Source of the DNA: Rhizodiscina lignyota
Lineage: Eukaryota
Assembly: GCA_010015805.1 (NCBI GenBank)
Contig: ML978121.1
Location: 1,488,001-1,552,000 of the forward strand
Direction: 5' to 3'
DNA: 64,000 bases
Program-made: the position numbers and the translations under genes
Shown: one piece after another, positions 62,938 through 64,000 of the stretch
How positions within the stretch are numbered: the stretch's first letter is position 1
Layout of the letters: each line of letters starts with the position of its first letter
Notes under the pieces: generated by a model
The model's input: the letters and a program-made list of their open reading frames with translations, nothing else
Database searches by the model: none
Told to the model about the DNA's origin: nothing

Positions 62938-64000
62938 ATGGCCTGGCGTCGTCAGTTTCAGCAGTTCCTTTTGTCTCTTAATGTCGTGCTCCATGTTTCT
63001 TATGCTCAAGCGCCGACCCCGTATGCCACTCCGACTGGCCTCGCGAGTGACATTACCTCATACCTTGAAGCATCGAGCTCCTCCGAAGCTGGCCTGGCAA
63101 AAACCTTGATGTTTGCAAACATTGACGTCGATAATTCAGCAAACGGCACGGTTATCGCGGCACAATCGTACTCCAACCCCAATTATGCATACAATTGGGT
63201 CCGAGATGCGTCTCTCACGATGGACGTGGTGCAAAGCTTGTACGCTGCAGCAACCTCGGACGCGGCCAGAGATAACTACGCCAACATTCTGTTCGCGTAC
63301 GCAGGAGCCCGGACAGCAGAGCAGAACGATCCAGATTTGCAGACAGGCCTCGGAGAGCCAAAGTTCAATCTGAACAACACCGTGTTCACTGGACCGTGGG
63401 GCAGGCCCCAAAATGATGGCCCTGCGACGTCAGCGACCACGTTGATGCAGTTTGCGACAGCATACATGAATAACGGCGGCTCTCAGGACACTGTCAACGA
63501 TCAGATCTACCAGGCCCCAGTGAAAGCTGACTTGTTGTTCGTGGCATCGAATTGGTCCTCGCCGAGCTTTGATATCTGGGAAGAAGAATCCTCGAACCAC
63601 TTCTACAATCGTCTGGTCTCACACCGGGCTCTAGTCTTGGGTGCTGCATTTGCTACGAAGATGGGGGACGACTCTACAAGCTCAACTCTAAGTTCAGCAG
63701 CTAGCGACGTCGCAAACTCACTGTCTGTATTCTGGGATGCTGATCTTGGCATCATTAAGTACGAAGATGGCCCAGTGCTCAACAACAAGAACTCATACCA
63801 AGACATTGCCGTCATTTTAGGTGTCATCCATGGATACAACGACGATGGAGTCTTCTCGTACTCGAATGACCAAGTTCTCTCAACTGCCTATCACTTGGCC
63901 ATAAGTTTCCTCGACGCATATCCCATCGCTGCAAACCAACACACGGATAGCAGTGGTGCAAGTCTCGGCATTCCAATTGGGTGAGCAAAGTCCGTGTTCT
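62938..64000 (+). CDS. Glucoamylase, GH15 (5' part; truncated by the window end)
   Basis: Signal peptide, YNWVRDA, GLGEPKFN, WGRPQNDGPA, FDIWEE. Intron donor at about 63981 before the expected RYPED motif. Confidence 0.93.

Overview
Eukaryotic, intron-rich DNA from a filamentous ascomycete. It is Pezizomycotina and probably a Dothideomycete; this is inferred from gene content and short GT-AG introns with CTRAY branch sites. The window holds about 25 protein-coding loci: a DPR/HHYGRDA-repeat dehydrin-like protein, LSM7, a PHD-finger protein, a Zn(II)2Cys6 factor, the NRPS-like A-T-R-R glycine betaine reductase, a class II aldolase, ATP12, an Osh1-type oxysterol-binding protein, an Mpv17/PMP22 protein, an S53 sedolisin, PDX2/SNO1, an FMN-less diflavin-reductase-like protein with a CCGGGCC motif, a cupin, CBR1, a GNAT and a GH15 glucoamylase cut by the window end. 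A decayed island at about 9.8-13.3 kb contains a GMC oxidase pseudogene, a frameshifted F-box gene, a mutated 87-bp duplication and an AT/TpA-rich tract. Inside it lies the most unusual feature, a roughly 200-nt structured non-coding locus (about 11.1-11.33 kb). It has a U6-like Pol III layout (TATA, 5' UUCG hairpin, A box, B box, T-run), an ACAGAGA box, splice signals and a 22-28 nt tract complementary to U2 snRNA. All family assignments come from motif recognition by eye, without database searches, and exon boundaries are hand-derived.
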